Below are positions 44,738 through 55,125 of a DNA stretch of 64,000 nt, one piece after another (the stretch's first letter is position 1; each line of letters opens with the position of its first letter). Source of the stretch: Alphaproteobacteria bacterium (GTDB lineage Bacteria; Pseudomonadota; Alphaproteobacteria; Bin95); contig OZ219785.1 in NCBI GenBank assembly GCA_964291285.2, forward strand, positions 960,001-1,024,000, given 5' to 3'. The position numbers and the translations under genes are program-made. The notes under the pieces were generated by a model that did no database searches, had not been told where the DNA came from, and saw only the letters and a program-made list of their open reading frames with translations.

Positions 44738-45718
44738 TTAGCCGAGGACTTCCTTGTTGACCACATGGGCGGGGACGGGCCTGCCGTCGAAGACGTCGAT
44801 CACGTTCTGGCAGGTGACCATCGCCATGCGGTCCATCGATTCGCGGGTCACGCCCGCCGAATGGGGTGAGAGCAGCACATTGTCCATGGTGAAGAGCGGG
44901 TTGCCGGGAAGCGGCGGCTCCGGGTCGAACACGTCGATGCCGGCCGCCAGGATGGTCCGGTTCTTCAGCGCCTCGATCAGCGCGGCCTCGTTGACGATGC
45001 CGCCGCGCGCCGTGGTGACGATGATCGCGGTGGGCTTCATCCGCGCGAGCCGGTCCGCGCCGATCAGGCCGTAGGTCTCCTCGTTGCGCGGGCAGTGGAT
45101 GGTTACGAAATCCGCCTCCGCCAGCGCCGCATCGAGGTCGTCCACGAGCGCCGCGCCCGCTGCATGCACGGCCGCCGGGTCCGCATAGGGGTCGTAGACC
45201 TGCACATCCATCTCGAAAGCGACGGCGCGCTTCACCGTGCGCGAGCCGATGCGCCCGAAACCGACCGACAGCAGCCGCTTCTCGTAGAGGTCGAGGGCCG
45301 AATACTCGTTGCGCACACCGAAGTTCCCGGCCGCCACGCCGGCATGGTACTGGCGCGCCATCTTGGCGAGGTCGAGCATCATGAACATGGCGTGCTCGGC
45401 CACGGTGACCGAATTGGCGGTGCCGGCGACCATGAGCGGCACGCCGCGCTCGGTGAGCGCCGCCACGTCCACGGAGTCGAAGCCGACGCCGAAGCGCGAA
45501 CAGACTTCCAGATTGGGCGTGGCCGCGATCAGTTCGCGGGTGTAGCGCGTGCCGAACAGCGTGATCCCGTGGATGTCGGCCAGATGCGCCTTCAGGTCCA
45601 GGTCCGGGCCTTCGTGGACGATCTCGACCTCGATATCGTCGCGGGCCGCGAACAGGTCGAGCCCCGCCTTCGGCATGCCCTGCACGCAGAGCACCTTGCG
45701 CATGTTGGTCGCATTCAT
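44738..45718 (-). CDS. D-isomer-specific 2-hydroxyacid dehydrogenase
   Basis: GVGFDSVD, VAEH, GFGRIG, ARGGIV, SPHSAG. Confidence 0.92.
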   Translation of the reverse strand: MNATNMRKVLCVQGMPKAGLDLFAARDDIEVEIVHEGPDLDLKAHLADIHGITLFGTRYTRELIAATPNLEVCSRFGVGFDSVDVAALTERGVPLMVAGTANSVTVAEHAMFMMLDLAKMARQYHAGVAAGNFGVRNEYSALDLYEKRLLSVGFGRIGSRTVKRAVAFEMDVQVYDPYADPAAVHAAGAALVDDLDAALAEADFVTIHCPRNEETYGLIGADRLARMKPTAIIVTTARGGIVNEAALIEALKNRTILAAGIDVFDPEPPLPGNPLFTMDNVLLSPHSAGVTRESMDRMAMVTCQNVIDVFDGRPVPAHVVNKEVLG

Positions 45719-45743
45719 GGGGAAGCGCCCCCTCCCGTTCCCT

Positions 45744-45904
45744 CGGCGGCGCGGAACGCCGCCATTCGTAATGGTCCGGCGCGGAACGCCGCCCTCCTTA
45801 CAGTTCGCCGCGTTCCGCGCGGCGGCGGCGCGGAACGCCGCCATTCGTAATGGTCCGGCGCGGAACGCCGCCCTCCTTACAGTTCGCCGCGTTCCGCGCG
45901 GCGG
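45744..45904. repeat. 79-bp tandem repeat (2 copies) of GCGGAACGC/GCGTTCCGC palindromic units
   Basis: ccattcgtaatgg at 45762 and 45841; internal inverted gcgcggaacgc / gcgttccgcgc. Confidence 0.88.
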
Positions 45905-46017
45905 AAGCCCCTGCCATAATCCAGCCGGCCGTGAAATGCAAAGGCGCGCGGGCACGGGCGGCCTCTTGCCGGCGCGCTCCGTTGGGGGCACACTCCGCGC
46001 CGAAGGAAAGGTCGTCC

Positions 46018-46407
46018 ATGCCGCTGGAACTGTCCGCCTGGCTTACGCCCGCCATCCTCATCGCCGTCGCGGCGCTGCTGCTGCGCAGCCACGCGCGGCT
46101 CGAGGAGCGTCTCGGTGCGCGCATCGACGAGACCAACAAGCGCATCGACGAGACCAACAAGAGCCTCGGCGCGCGCATCGACGAGACCAACGGGAGCCTC
46201 GGCGCGCGCATCGACGAGGTCAACAAGAGCCTCGGCGCGCGCATCGACGAGACCAACAGGCGCATCGACGAGATGAACAGGAGCCTCGGCGCGCGCATAG
46301 ACGTGATCGACGACCGGCTGCGGGCGGTCGAACACGGGCAGGCACGGCTCGAAGGCCTGCTCGACGGCCTCCGCGAGGCGATCGCCGGCCGCCGCCCCGC
46401 CGCCTGA
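46018..46407 (+). CDS. Membrane-anchored coiled-coil repeat protein
   Basis: N-terminal TM; mixed 11-aa (LGARIDETNKS) and 7-aa (RIDETNK) repeats; C-terminal ARLEGLL. Confidence 0.75.
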   Translation: MPLELSAWLTPAILIAVAALLLRSHARLEERLGARIDETNKRIDETNKSLGARIDETNGSLGARIDEVNKSLGARIDETNRRIDEMNRSLGARIDVIDDRLRAVEHGQARLEGLLDGLREAIAGRRPAA

Positions 46408-46455
46408 CGGCGGCGGAAGCTTCCGGGCAAAGGCGATAGCGAAAGTGACGGCAGG

Positions 46456-47517
46456 GTGAAATTCGGCTGGCTGACGCTTTCTGCCTCGCCGGCGCCGGAG
46501 ACGGACCGCGAGCGCATCGCCGACCAGATCGCGCTGGCCGAGGCCGCGGAGGCCGCGGGCTTCTCCGACGTCTGGCTGACGGAGCACTACTTCACCGGCG
46601 AGAGCGTCTATTGCGATGCGCTCACCTTCGCCGCCGCGCTCGCCATGCGCACGACGCGGCTCAGGATCGGCTTCGCCGTGGTGCAGGCGCCGTTCCACCA
46701 CCCGGTGCGGCTGGCGACGCAGCTCTCCCTGCTCGACAACCTCTCCGGCGGGCGCATCGACATCGGCGTCGGCAAGGGCACGGTCTACAACGAATACGAG
46801 TTCGTCGGCTACGGCCTGAGGAGCGGCGATTCCCGCGCGCGGATGGCCGAGACCGTCTCCATCCTGGAGCGGGTCTGGACCGAGGCGCCGTTCCGCCACA
46901 AGGGCGCCTTCCACGAGTTCGAGATGCCGGAAATCCGCCCGCGGCCGGTGCAGCGGCCGGGGCCGCCGCTCTGGCGCTCGGCGATCTCGCCCGCCTCCTT
47001 CCGCGAATGCGGCGAGGCCGGGCTGCCGCTGCTCACGACGCGCCTGCCGCTGGAGGCCATCCCGGCGCGCTGGAAGCTCTATGCCGAGGGGCTGGAGGCC
47101 GGCGGCCACACCCCCGGCAAGCGCGCCCGGCTGCTAGGCGACGCGGCCGTCTGGCGCAACGTCTATGTGGCGGACTCGGACGCCGGGGCGGAAGACCGGC
47201 TGCACGGGCACCTGGTCGCCACCCGCGCCCATATCATGCATTTGCGCACGACGCTCAACCCGCCGGATTTCGAGATCGACCCCGCCATGCTGAACGCGAT
47301 GAGCGACCCTTCGGTCCCGGACGAAGAGGCCGTCCGGCAGGCGATGGAAACCGGCTCGATCTGGGGCTCGCCCGCCCGGGTGCGCGAGCAGGTGGCGGCC
47401 CTCGGCGATGCCGGCGTCGGCCACCTCCTCTGCCAGACCGCCTTCGGCGCGATGGAGCGCGAAGAGGCGCTCGCCAACATGCGCCGCTTCTCCGAGGCGG
47501 TGATCCGGCGGCCCTGA
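46456..47517 (+). CDS. LLM-class flavin-dependent oxidoreductase
   Basis: WLTEHYF, HPVRLA, LDNLSGGR, PRPVQ.P.PPLW. Confidence 0.9.
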   Translation: MKFGWLTLSASPAPETDRERIADQIALAEAAEAAGFSDVWLTEHYFTGESVYCDALTFAAALAMRTTRLRIGFAVVQAPFHHPVRLATQLSLLDNLSGGRIDIGVGKGTVYNEYEFVGYGLRSGDSRARMAETVSILERVWTEAPFRHKGAFHEFEMPEIRPRPVQRPGPPLWRSAISPASFRECGEAGLPLLTTRLPLEAIPARWKLYAEGLEAGGHTPGKRARLLGDAAVWRNVYVADSDAGAEDRLHGHLVATRAHIMHLRTTLNPPDFEIDPAMLNAMSDPSVPDEEAVRQAMETGSIWGSPARVREQVAALGDAGVGHLLCQTAFGAMEREEALANMRRFSEAVIRRP

Positions 47518-47532
47518 GGCGGGCGGGAAGGC

Positions 47533-48774
47533 CTACTCCGCTGCGGCGGCCGGCGCTTTCAGGTCGGTGGAGTATCTGATCGAGACGGGGGCTTCGGCCT
47601 CGAAGGGGCTCTTCAGGTCGAGCTCCTTCGCGATCTCGCGGATCGCCGGGAAAACCTCCGTGCCGATCATCCTGATGCAGGTCATCGAGTCCTCCTGGCT
47701 CACGGTCCCGTCATTGCCCCAGAGCGCCAGGATGCCGGGCCGCGTCTCCTCCAGGATGCGGCGCAGCTTCGGCACCACCGTGTCCGGCGTGCCGGCGATG
47801 ATGCGCAGATCCTCCATCTGCTGCTCGAAGCTCGTCTGCCCGCGCGGGTTGGCCCGGCGCCCGGCGGCGAACTCGACGAAGGCGCGGCGGTTGCGCGGCG
47901 AGGAATAGCCGGACGGCGTGGACCAGACGGGGTGCGCCAGGCCCGTGAACTCGCCCTGCATCCAGCGGAACTGGCGCGCGTTCTCGATCGCCTTCTCCTC
48001 ATTGTCGGAGACGTGGACCTGGATCAGGTAGCCCCGGTTCTCCGGCCCGGCCTCGTAGCCGGCCTCGAGCGCCACATCGTCATAGACCTGCCAGATCTTC
48101 TTGGTGTCGGCGATGGAGGTGTTGAGCGCGATATAGGGATAGCGCTGCTGCGCGGCCCACACGATGGTCTCGCGGCTGATGACGCCCGGCACCCAGACGC
48201 GCGGATAGGGCTTCTGCAGCGGCACCGCCCAGGGATTGACCACCCGGTTCTGGTAGTGCCTGCCCTCGAAGCGGAAGGGACCGGTCTCGGTCCAGGCGCG
48301 GACGACGAGGTCGTGCGCCTCCTCGAAGCGCTCGCGGTTGTAGGCGGGGTTGACGCCGGCGGCGAGCTGCTCCTGGCCGCCGCCGCGCACGAAGCCGGAG
48401 ACCAGGCGGCCCTTGGAGATCATGTCGATCATCGCCAGCTCTTCGGCGAGCCGGACCGGGTTCTCCGCCAGCGGCAGCGGGTTGCCGAGCATGACGATCT
48501 TCACCTTCTCGGTCATGCCGGCCAGGATCGCCGCGAAGATGTTGGCCTTGGCCTGCATGCAGAACGGCGCATTGTGGTGCTCGTTCAGCATGATGCCGTC
48601 TATGCCGACTTCCTCGGCGTAGAGATACTGCTCCAGGAACTCGTTGTAGAGGCGGCTGCCGTCCACCGGGTCGAAATAGCGGTTGGAGAACATCAGCGCC
48701 GTCGCGCCGAACTCCAGGCCCTTGTCCGCCGGGTAAGTGGACATGGGCTGCTCGGTGAAATACATGAGATGCAT
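47533..48774 (-). CDS. LLM-class flavin-dependent oxidoreductase
   Basis: NEHH, PVRLAEELAMID.ISKGR, PLQKPYP. Confidence 0.9.
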   Translation of the reverse strand: MHLMYFTEQPMSTYPADKGLEFGATALMFSNRYFDPVDGSRLYNEFLEQYLYAEEVGIDGIMLNEHHNAPFCMQAKANIFAAILAGMTEKVKIVMLGNPLPLAENPVRLAEELAMIDMISKGRLVSGFVRGGGQEQLAAGVNPAYNRERFEEAHDLVVRAWTETGPFRFEGRHYQNRVVNPWAVPLQKPYPRVWVPGVISRETIVWAAQQRYPYIALNTSIADTKKIWQVYDDVALEAGYEAGPENRGYLIQVHVSDNEEKAIENARQFRWMQGEFTGLAHPVWSTPSGYSSPRNRRAFVEFAAGRRANPRGQTSFEQQMEDLRIIAGTPDTVVPKLRRILEETRPGILALWGNDGTVSQEDSMTCIRMIGTEVFPAIREIAKELDLKSPFEAEAPVSIRYSTDLKAPAAAAE

Positions 48775-48780
48775 CGGCCG

Positions 48781-49569
48781 TTACTCCGCGATGAAGTCCA
48801 GGACGAGCCGCGCCAGCGCCTCCGGGCGCTCCAGCGCGACGGCGTGGCCGCAATCCGCGACGGTTTCCAGGCGGGCGTTCGGCAGGGCGGCGGCATATTG
48901 CGCCGCGCAGTCCGCCGGCACCACCCCGTCGTCGGCCCCGTGCACCACCAGCGCCGGCGCGGTGACGCTGCCCAGCAGCGGCGCCAGGGTCTGGCTGTAC
49001 ATGTAGGGCTTCCAGGCGATGCGGAAGCACATTTCGCGGCAGATGTCCCAGGCTTCGAGCTGGTCGTTCGTGGGCTCGCGCCCATAGACCGCGTCGAAGG
49101 CGGCGGGGTCCTTGAAGAAGGCCTCGGCATAGTCGATATAGCCGACCAGCGCCTGGTCGAGGATAAAGCCCTCGCGCGGCTGGAGGCCCATCGCGCCGAC
49201 CAGCACCAGCCGGTCCACATCGGCGGGCGCCATGCTCGCCATCTCGGCCGCCACCCAGCCGCCGAAGCCGAGCCCGACCAGGGTCGCGCGTCCGACGCCG
49301 AGCCCCGCCAGCAGGCCGCGATAGAGCACCGCCAGGTCGCGCACGCTGCGCATCCACTCCGCCCGCTCGCTGCCGAGGCCGAAACCGGGATGGACCGGCA
49401 TCAGCACATCGCGGGAGCCCGAAAGCGCCTCTGCGAACACCGCGCGGTCCGGACAGCCGATATCGTGGTGCAGGATCAGCACCGGGCTGCCGGTGCCGCA
49501 GCGGCAATAGCGCACCGGCACTCCCGCCACCTTCGTCTCCTGCCAATAACCGTCGCAACCCCCGGCCAT
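48781..49569 (-). CDS. Alpha/beta hydrolase-fold protein lacking the nucleophile Ser
   Basis: HPGFG, GLGFGG (no Ser), CGH. Confidence 0.8.
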   Translation of the reverse strand: MAGGCDGYWQETKVAGVPVRYCRCGTGSPVLILHHDIGCPDRAVFAEALSGSRDVLMPVHPGFGLGSERAEWMRSVRDLAVLYRGLLAGLGVGRATLVGLGFGGWVAAEMASMAPADVDRLVLVGAMGLQPREGFILDQALVGYIDYAEAFFKDPAAFDAVYGREPTNDQLEAWDICREMCFRIAWKPYMYSQTLAPLLGSVTAPALVVHGADDGVVPADCAAQYAAALPNARLETVADCGHAVALERPEALARLVLDFIAE

Positions 49570-49642
49570 CCGGCTGTCCCCTCTCCTTCGCTTCGGGCAC
49601 AAAGCTAACACGCCCGACGGGGCCAGCAACCGGCAACGGCCG

Positions 49643-50713
49643 TCACATGCCCGCGGACTGCAATCGCTCGAGGGCGATGCCCAACACGCGGTCGTCGAAT
49701 ATCCGGCGCTTGCGCCGCCCCCATTCGGGTCCGGCCGGCCATGCCTCGACGCCGCCGGCGATGGCGGCAACCTCCGGTGCGCAGCCTTCCCGTGTCAGGA
49801 GCCAATCGACCGTTGCCAGCAATTCCAAGCCGAAAGGCGACTGGAAGCCGTCGATCAGGTCTTCCACCTTCTCGACGACGGCGCCGTAACCGTCTGCATC
49901 GGATGTCTTGAGAAATGCCTCAACCCGGTCGCTGCGGTCGTAACGGCACCGTACGACATCGAAGGGCTTCGCGTCGGGGATGCGGATGTCCGCGTGGAGA
50001 TAGCTGCCGTCCAGCCCGTCGAGCAGATGGGTCAGCCGGTGCGAATAGGGGCCATAGCGCTCGGCTTCGAACCGCAACTCCAGCCGGTCCGGCAATCCCA
50101 GCTTCGCCGCGACCCGCTCCGCGAACCAGGCGAGCTTGTGCATTTCAAGCAATGTGCATTCGAAGCCCAGCACCTCGTACCGGCGCAGCAGGCCGGCCAT
50201 CGCGGCTCGCGCCGGGGTGAGCGTTTCGACACCGGCGCGCTTGCTCACATTGCGGTATTCGTCCGTCGGCTCGAAGACAATGACCCGGACGCCCTCAAGC
50301 CCGCCAAGATGCTGGTCGATGCGCGGCCGCACCTCGTTCCAGTCCAGGCCGCCATTGCCGGCCCCGAGCGGCGGCAATGCAACGGAACGGATGCCTTCCC
50401 CCCGCACCAGCGCCGCCAATTCTGAAAGGCCGCTCTCGATCCACTCCATGCGCGATTTGCCGCGCCAGTGGTCCTTGGTCGCGAAGTTCACGATCAGCCG
50501 GGGGCCGACCAGATCGTTTGTGCGATGAACGAACAGGCCGCCGGGCCGGAGGTCGCCGGCCTTGCACGCAGCCCGGTACGAGCGGTAGTTCTCCGGGAAT
50601 GCCTCGCGGAACATGAGCGCGACGCCCTTGCCCATCACACCGACGCAATTGACGGTGTTGACCAACGCCTCCGCTTCGGCGTCGAGGAGATTCCCCGTCC
50701 CGGTTTCGATCAC
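49643..50713 (-). CDS. darG: DarG antitoxin (macrodomain ADP-ribosylglycohydrolase + DarG C-terminal domain)
   Basis: LVNTVNCVGVMGKG, NFATK.HW, PPLGAGNGGL, YGPY, GLELLATV; coupled to the darT stop. Confidence 0.9.
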   Translation of the reverse strand: MIETGTGNLLDAEAEALVNTVNCVGVMGKGVALMFREAFPENYRSYRAACKAGDLRPGGLFVHRTNDLVGPRLIVNFATKDHWRGKSRMEWIESGLSELAALVRGEGIRSVALPPLGAGNGGLDWNEVRPRIDQHLGGLEGVRVIVFEPTDEYRNVSKRAGVETLTPARAAMAGLLRRYEVLGFECTLLEMHKLAWFAERVAAKLGLPDRLELRFEAERYGPYSHRLTHLLDGLDGSYLHADIRIPDAKPFDVVRCRYDRSDRVEAFLKTSDADGYGAVVEKVEDLIDGFQSPFGLELLATVDWLLTREGCAPEVAAIAGGVEAWPAGPEWGRRKRRIFDDRVLGIALERLQSAGM

Positions 50714-51225
50714 CGGAAATACCATTTCGGTCGCTCCGCTACTAGAAGTATAACACCTGCGTCCTCAATGAGCAATTCGATTTTTCGTGCATCTGAGGCC
50801 GTTTTTGTCGCTAACCCAAGCAGAGCGTTCGTAGGCACATGCATGTGAACTAGCGCCTCCGCCTGATAGCGCCCGATCTTATCTGGATCATTTCGATCAC
50901 GCTTAAAGTCTCTTCGTCGCAGTAGCTCCCAGTCGATCAAGTCGAGACCCGACTGAGGTGTGGAGAATTTCGCTGCCCCCAAATACGCATGAGAGTCAGT
51001 CACGAGGCATCGGGCACCAGCTTCCTCCAGACGGGCGATCGATGTGACAACAAATACGATTTCACCGGGTTTTCTCTGCTGCGCGCCGACTCGGCCAGAA
51101 AGGATATTTAGCTGCATCGGTGAATAGGGAGTGAAATAAAACGGCACATAGTCATTCAGAGTGCCGCCAGGTGGAGTGGGGACCAATCGTCGTTCGCGTT
51201 TTCCAATGAGATCTGGATTTCCGAT
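50710..51225 (-). pseudogene. darT: DarT toxin (DNA ADP-ribosyltransferase), 3' part; gene interrupted by IS1595 transposon
   Basis: IGNPDLI.KR, L.DYVPFYF...SPM, RYQAEALV (catalytic Glu), WYF. Confidence 0.88.
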
Positions 51226-51290
51226 GGGAACTATATACTTGACGATCCTAAATGAGCGGGGTATGATGGTCTCAATCGAAGGAGATCGTC

Positions 51291-52202
51291 ATGGACAGCC
51301 TCATTCAGTTCACGCAGCGGTTCGCAACGGTTGAAGCCTGCTTGGACCACCTTCGGGCGGTGCGGTGGGCCGATGGGGCTTATTGCCCGCACTGCGGCGG
51401 CGCGGATCGCATCTACCACTACAGCGACGGCCTCCGGCACAAGTGCGGCGAGTGCCGGCGCACTTTCCGCCTGATCACCGGCACCATCTTCGCGGACAGC
51501 CCGATCAAGCTGCTGCCGAAGTGGTTTGCGGCAATCTGGCTCGATACATGCCATGCGAAGGGCATTTCGAGCGTCCAGCTTGCGAAGGATATAGGGGTCA
51601 CTCAGAAGACGGCTTGGCATATGCTTCACCGTATCCGCCATGCGGCCGGCAACGATACGACCGGGATGCTGGGCGGGACCGTTGAAGTCGATGAGACCTA
51701 CATCGGCGGCAAAGAGAAGAACAAGCACAAGAGCAAGCGGACCGAGGGAACGCGGGGTCGCAGCACCAAGACGAAATCGGTGGCATTCGGCATTGCCGAG
51801 CGCGGCGGCGAAACAAGGGCCTTCGCGGTGGAAGGCGCGGCGACTCGCCATATCATGCCCCATGTGCTCCGCAATGTGGCGCTCGGATCGACGGTCAACG
51901 CGGACGAACACCGGCCCTATTCGTCGCTCGACAGCTACTACGCGCTGGAGCGCGTCAATCATGGTCGCGGCGAGTATGTGCGCGGGAAAGCCCATACGAA
52001 CACCGTGGAAGGCTTCTGGGCGCTGGTGAAGCGGGCCTATGTCGGCATTCACCACCATTGGAGCCGGAAGCACTCGCAACGCTACCTCGACGGATGCACC
52101 TATCGCCTGAATTGCCGGAAGATGGGCCGGGCGGACAGAGTGACGCGCTTGCTCGGCCGCGGGATCGGAGTCAGGCTCCCCTACAAGGTGCTGACACAAT
52201 GA
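51291..52202 (+). CDS. IS1595 family transposase
   Basis: Zn ribbon CPHC..CGEC, HTH, VEVDETYIGG, ADE, HTNTVEGFW. Confidence 0.93.
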   Translation: MDSLIQFTQRFATVEACLDHLRAVRWADGAYCPHCGGADRIYHYSDGLRHKCGECRRTFRLITGTIFADSPIKLLPKWFAAIWLDTCHAKGISSVQLAKDIGVTQKTAWHMLHRIRHAAGNDTTGMLGGTVEVDETYIGGKEKNKHKSKRTEGTRGRSTKTKSVAFGIAERGGETRAFAVEGAATRHIMPHVLRNVALGSTVNADEHRPYSSLDSYYALERVNHGRGEYVRGKAHTNTVEGFWALVKRAYVGIHHHWSRKHSQRYLDGCTYRLNCRKMGRADRVTRLLGRGIGVRLPYKVLTQ

Positions 52203-53076
52203 CCGCCGCAGAGATTGTCCCCTTCGAGAATGTGCTACGGCGCACCCGCCGCCCCTATCTCGACAAGGCCCCGGCAACGCCCTTCGTGAAATGGGCGGGC
52301 GGCAAGCGAGCGCTCATCCCCGACATTGCCAAGCATCTTCCCGAACGAATCGGCAACTATTGGGAGCCGTTCATCGGAGGCGGCGCCGTCTTCTTCACCT
52401 TCGCGGATCGCATGGACCGGGCGATCCTGTCGGACCGCAACGAGGAATTGGTCATCGCCTATCAGATCGTGAAGGACAATGTGGACGATCTGATTGAAGC
52501 CCTTCGCGCCCATGAGCGCGGCCACAAGGACGACCGCTACTATCTCCGCGTTCGAGCGCAAGAGCCAACGGATGCGCTCGCCATCGCCGCGCGGTTCATC
52601 TACCTGAACAAGACCTGCTTCAACGGCCTTTACCGCGTGAACAAGCAGGGCAAGTTCAACGTCCCGAAGGGTCGCTACAAGAACCCGGACATTTGCAACC
52701 CGGAAAAGCTGCGCGCCGCCAGCAAGGTTCTGGCGAAGGCGACTATCCGGCTGGGTGACTTCGAGAAGGTTGTGCGGCCGGGACCGGAAGACTTCATCTA
52801 CTGCGACCCGCCTTACGACGATTGTTTCACCGGCTACCAGCCTGGCGGCTTCACTGGAGACGACCAGGAGCGGCTTCGCAACTCCGTGAACACTTGGGCC
52901 GACGCGGGCGCGGCGGTGCTGCTGTCGAACAGCGATACGCCGCTCATTCGTCGCCTGTATCGGGGGGGGGGGGAGGTAGATTCTCCGTCCATGAGGCCGA
53001 AGCCCCGCGCCTCATAAACAGTCGCGCCGAAGGGCGCGGGGCCGTTGCCGAGCTGATCATCACCACCTATGGCTAG
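52199..53076 (+). CDS. Dam/D12-class DNA adenine methyltransferase, frameshifted at G12 tract 52962-52973
   Basis: KWAGGK, EPFIGGGA, FNGLYRVN..G.FNVP, DPPY, LSNS; natural C-terminus RLINS...RG.V.ELII..Y lies in another frame. Confidence 0.88.
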
Positions 53077-53111
53077 AGGCGCACGGGCAAACAGGCGCGG
53101 GCGCACGCTAG

Positions 53112-55125
53112 CCCGACTTCCGCAACTCGGCTTGAGAATCGACTGATTTGACGGTTTTCCGGCGCGAGAAGTGTCGGATTTCGGTGCAGTACCTCTCGGG
53201 ACCGGCTTGTAGTGCCGACCTACCCCCTTGATCGGGCTGGCGAAGATCCGGACGCTGCGCTGATGTTCGTGCGCTGCAAGAGACGCTTCAAGGACGGCAA
53301 GGAGCACCGCTACTGGAGCGTTGTGGAGAACGTCCGGGTCCACGGCGGTCGGGTTGTTCAGCGTCAGGTGCTCTATCTCGGGGAGATCAACGACAGCCAG
53401 CGAGCGGCGTGGTGCCGCTCGATCGAGGTGGTGGAGGGCAAGTCGCGATCACGGCAGATGGCGCTGTTTCCCGAGGACCGGGAGGCGCCGGCGCTGACTT
53501 GCGAAGTGGTGAAGATCGACCTCTCGCAGGTGGCGCTTCACGACCCGCGCCAGTGGGGGGCGTGCTGGCTGGCGCTGTCCTTGTGGGACCGCCTGGACCT
53601 GGACCGCTTCTGGGAAGAGCGGCTGCCGGCGAGCCGGCAAGGCACGCGGTGGCTGGACATCCTGAAGATCCAGGTCTGCTACCGGCTGATCGACCCGGGC
53701 AGCGAGTGGCGCCTTCACCGTCACTGGTATGAGCACAGCGCGCTTCGCGATCTTCTGGGTGGCGAGCGGGCGATCGCCGACGACACACTCTATCGCTGTC
53801 TCGACAAGCTGCTGGCGCACAAGCAGGGCTTCTTCTCGTTTCTGCGCGACCGCTGGGCGACGCTGTTCGAGGCGCGCTTCGACGTGCTGCTCTACGACCT
53901 GACCTCGACCTACTTCGAGAGCGATCCGCCGTTCGATGACAAGCGCCGCTTCGGCTACAGCCGGGACAAGCGGCCCGACTGCGTGCAGGTGGTGATCGCC
54001 CTGATCGTTACGCCGCAGGGCTTTCCGCTGGCCTATGAGGTGATGCCGGGCAACACCTCCGACGACACCACGCTGGCGGCGTTCCTCAAGAAGATCGAGG
54101 ATCAGTATGGCCGCTCCGAGCGGGTGTGGATCATGGACCGCGGCATCCCCACCGAGGAGACGCTGGCCGCGATGCGCGAGGGCGAGGCGCCGGTGCGCTA
54201 CCTGGTGGGCACGCCCAAGGGCCGGCTGACGCGGCTCGAGAAGGTGTTCCTGGGCCTGCCCTGGCAGGAGGTGCGCCAGTCCGTGACTGTCAAGCTTCTG
54301 GTCGAGGATGGCGAGCTCTACGTCCTGGTGCGCAGCGAGGGGCGGCAGGTGAAGGAACGCGGCATGCGCCGGCGCCGGCTGAAGAGGCTGTGGCGTCGAT
54401 TGGCCGAGTTGCAAGGGCAGTCGAACAGCCGGGATCAGTTGTTGCTCAAGCTCGGCGCCGCCAGGAAGGAGGCCGGCCGGGCCTGGAGCCTGGTCGACAT
54501 CACCGTGCCCGGGACCGACAGCGAACTCGCCGCCAACGGCTTCTCATTCCGCCTGCAGCGCGACCGGCTGCGCCAGGTCCGCCGCCGCGAGGGCCGTTAC
54601 CTGCTGCGATCCAACATGGTCGCCGAAGACCCCGCCACGCTGTGGCATCTGTACATGCAGCTCGTCGAGATCGAGCAGGCGTTCAAGGAACTCAAGCACG
54701 ACCTCGCGATCCGCCCCATCTTCCATCAGCGCCAAGAGCGCATCGAGGCGCATATCTTCGTCTCGTTCATCGCCTACTGCCTGCTGGTGACCCTGAAGAA
54801 CCTCGCCCGGCCGCGCGCCCCGGGCCTCACCCCACGCGCCATCCTTGAGGCCTTCGCCACCATCCAGATGGTGGACGTCCATCTGCCAACCACCGACGGC
54901 CGGCACCTCGTCCTGCCGCGCCACACCCGGCCGAACAAGGAGCACGAGCTACTGCTGCAACAGCTCGGCATGACCTGGCCGCAGCAACCCGCACCCCGGA
55001 TCTCCGCCTGACGGCACACGGCGCCGCCTCTCCGTTCGCCGCCTTGTAGTGCCGACCCTCGGGGAGACGATCAAGGCTATTCAATGAGTTAGCATCCTCA
55101 TGACCCCCGAGTTGCGGAAGTCGGG
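53112..55125 (+). mobile_element. IS1634-family insertion sequence
   Basis: 19-bp perfect TIRs cccgacttccgcaactcgg; flanks ctag/gtag; internal direct repeat cttgtagtgccgacc at 53206 and 55043. Confidence 0.85.
53263..55011 (+). CDS. IS1634 family transposase
   Basis: LYDLTSTYFE, GYSRDKRPD, MDRG, IEQAFKELK..L.IRPIFH. Confidence 0.92.
   Translation: MFVRCKRRFKDGKEHRYWSVVENVRVHGGRVVQRQVLYLGEINDSQRAAWCRSIEVVEGKSRSRQMALFPEDREAPALTCEVVKIDLSQVALHDPRQWGACWLALSLWDRLDLDRFWEERLPASRQGTRWLDILKIQVCYRLIDPGSEWRLHRHWYEHSALRDLLGGERAIADDTLYRCLDKLLAHKQGFFSFLRDRWATLFEARFDVLLYDLTSTYFESDPPFDDKRRFGYSRDKRPDCVQVVIALIVTPQGFPLAYEVMPGNTSDDTTLAAFLKKIEDQYGRSERVWIMDRGIPTEETLAAMREGEAPVRYLVGTPKGRLTRLEKVFLGLPWQEVRQSVTVKLLVEDGELYVLVRSEGRQVKERGMRRRRLKRLWRRLAELQGQSNSRDQLLLKLGAARKEAGRAWSLVDITVPGTDSELAANGFSFRLQRDRLRQVRRREGRYLLRSNMVAEDPATLWHLYMQLVEIEQAFKELKHDLAIRPIFHQRQERIEAHIFVSFIAYCLLVTLKNLARPRAPGLTPRAILEAFATIQMVDVHLPTTDGRHLVLPRHTRPNKEHELLLQQLGMTWPQQPAPRISA

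Noticed and set aside
45744-46310. CRISPR array
   Set aside because: The repeats are tandem without unique spacers (79-bp duplication; coding 21/33-bp units), and there are no cas genes.
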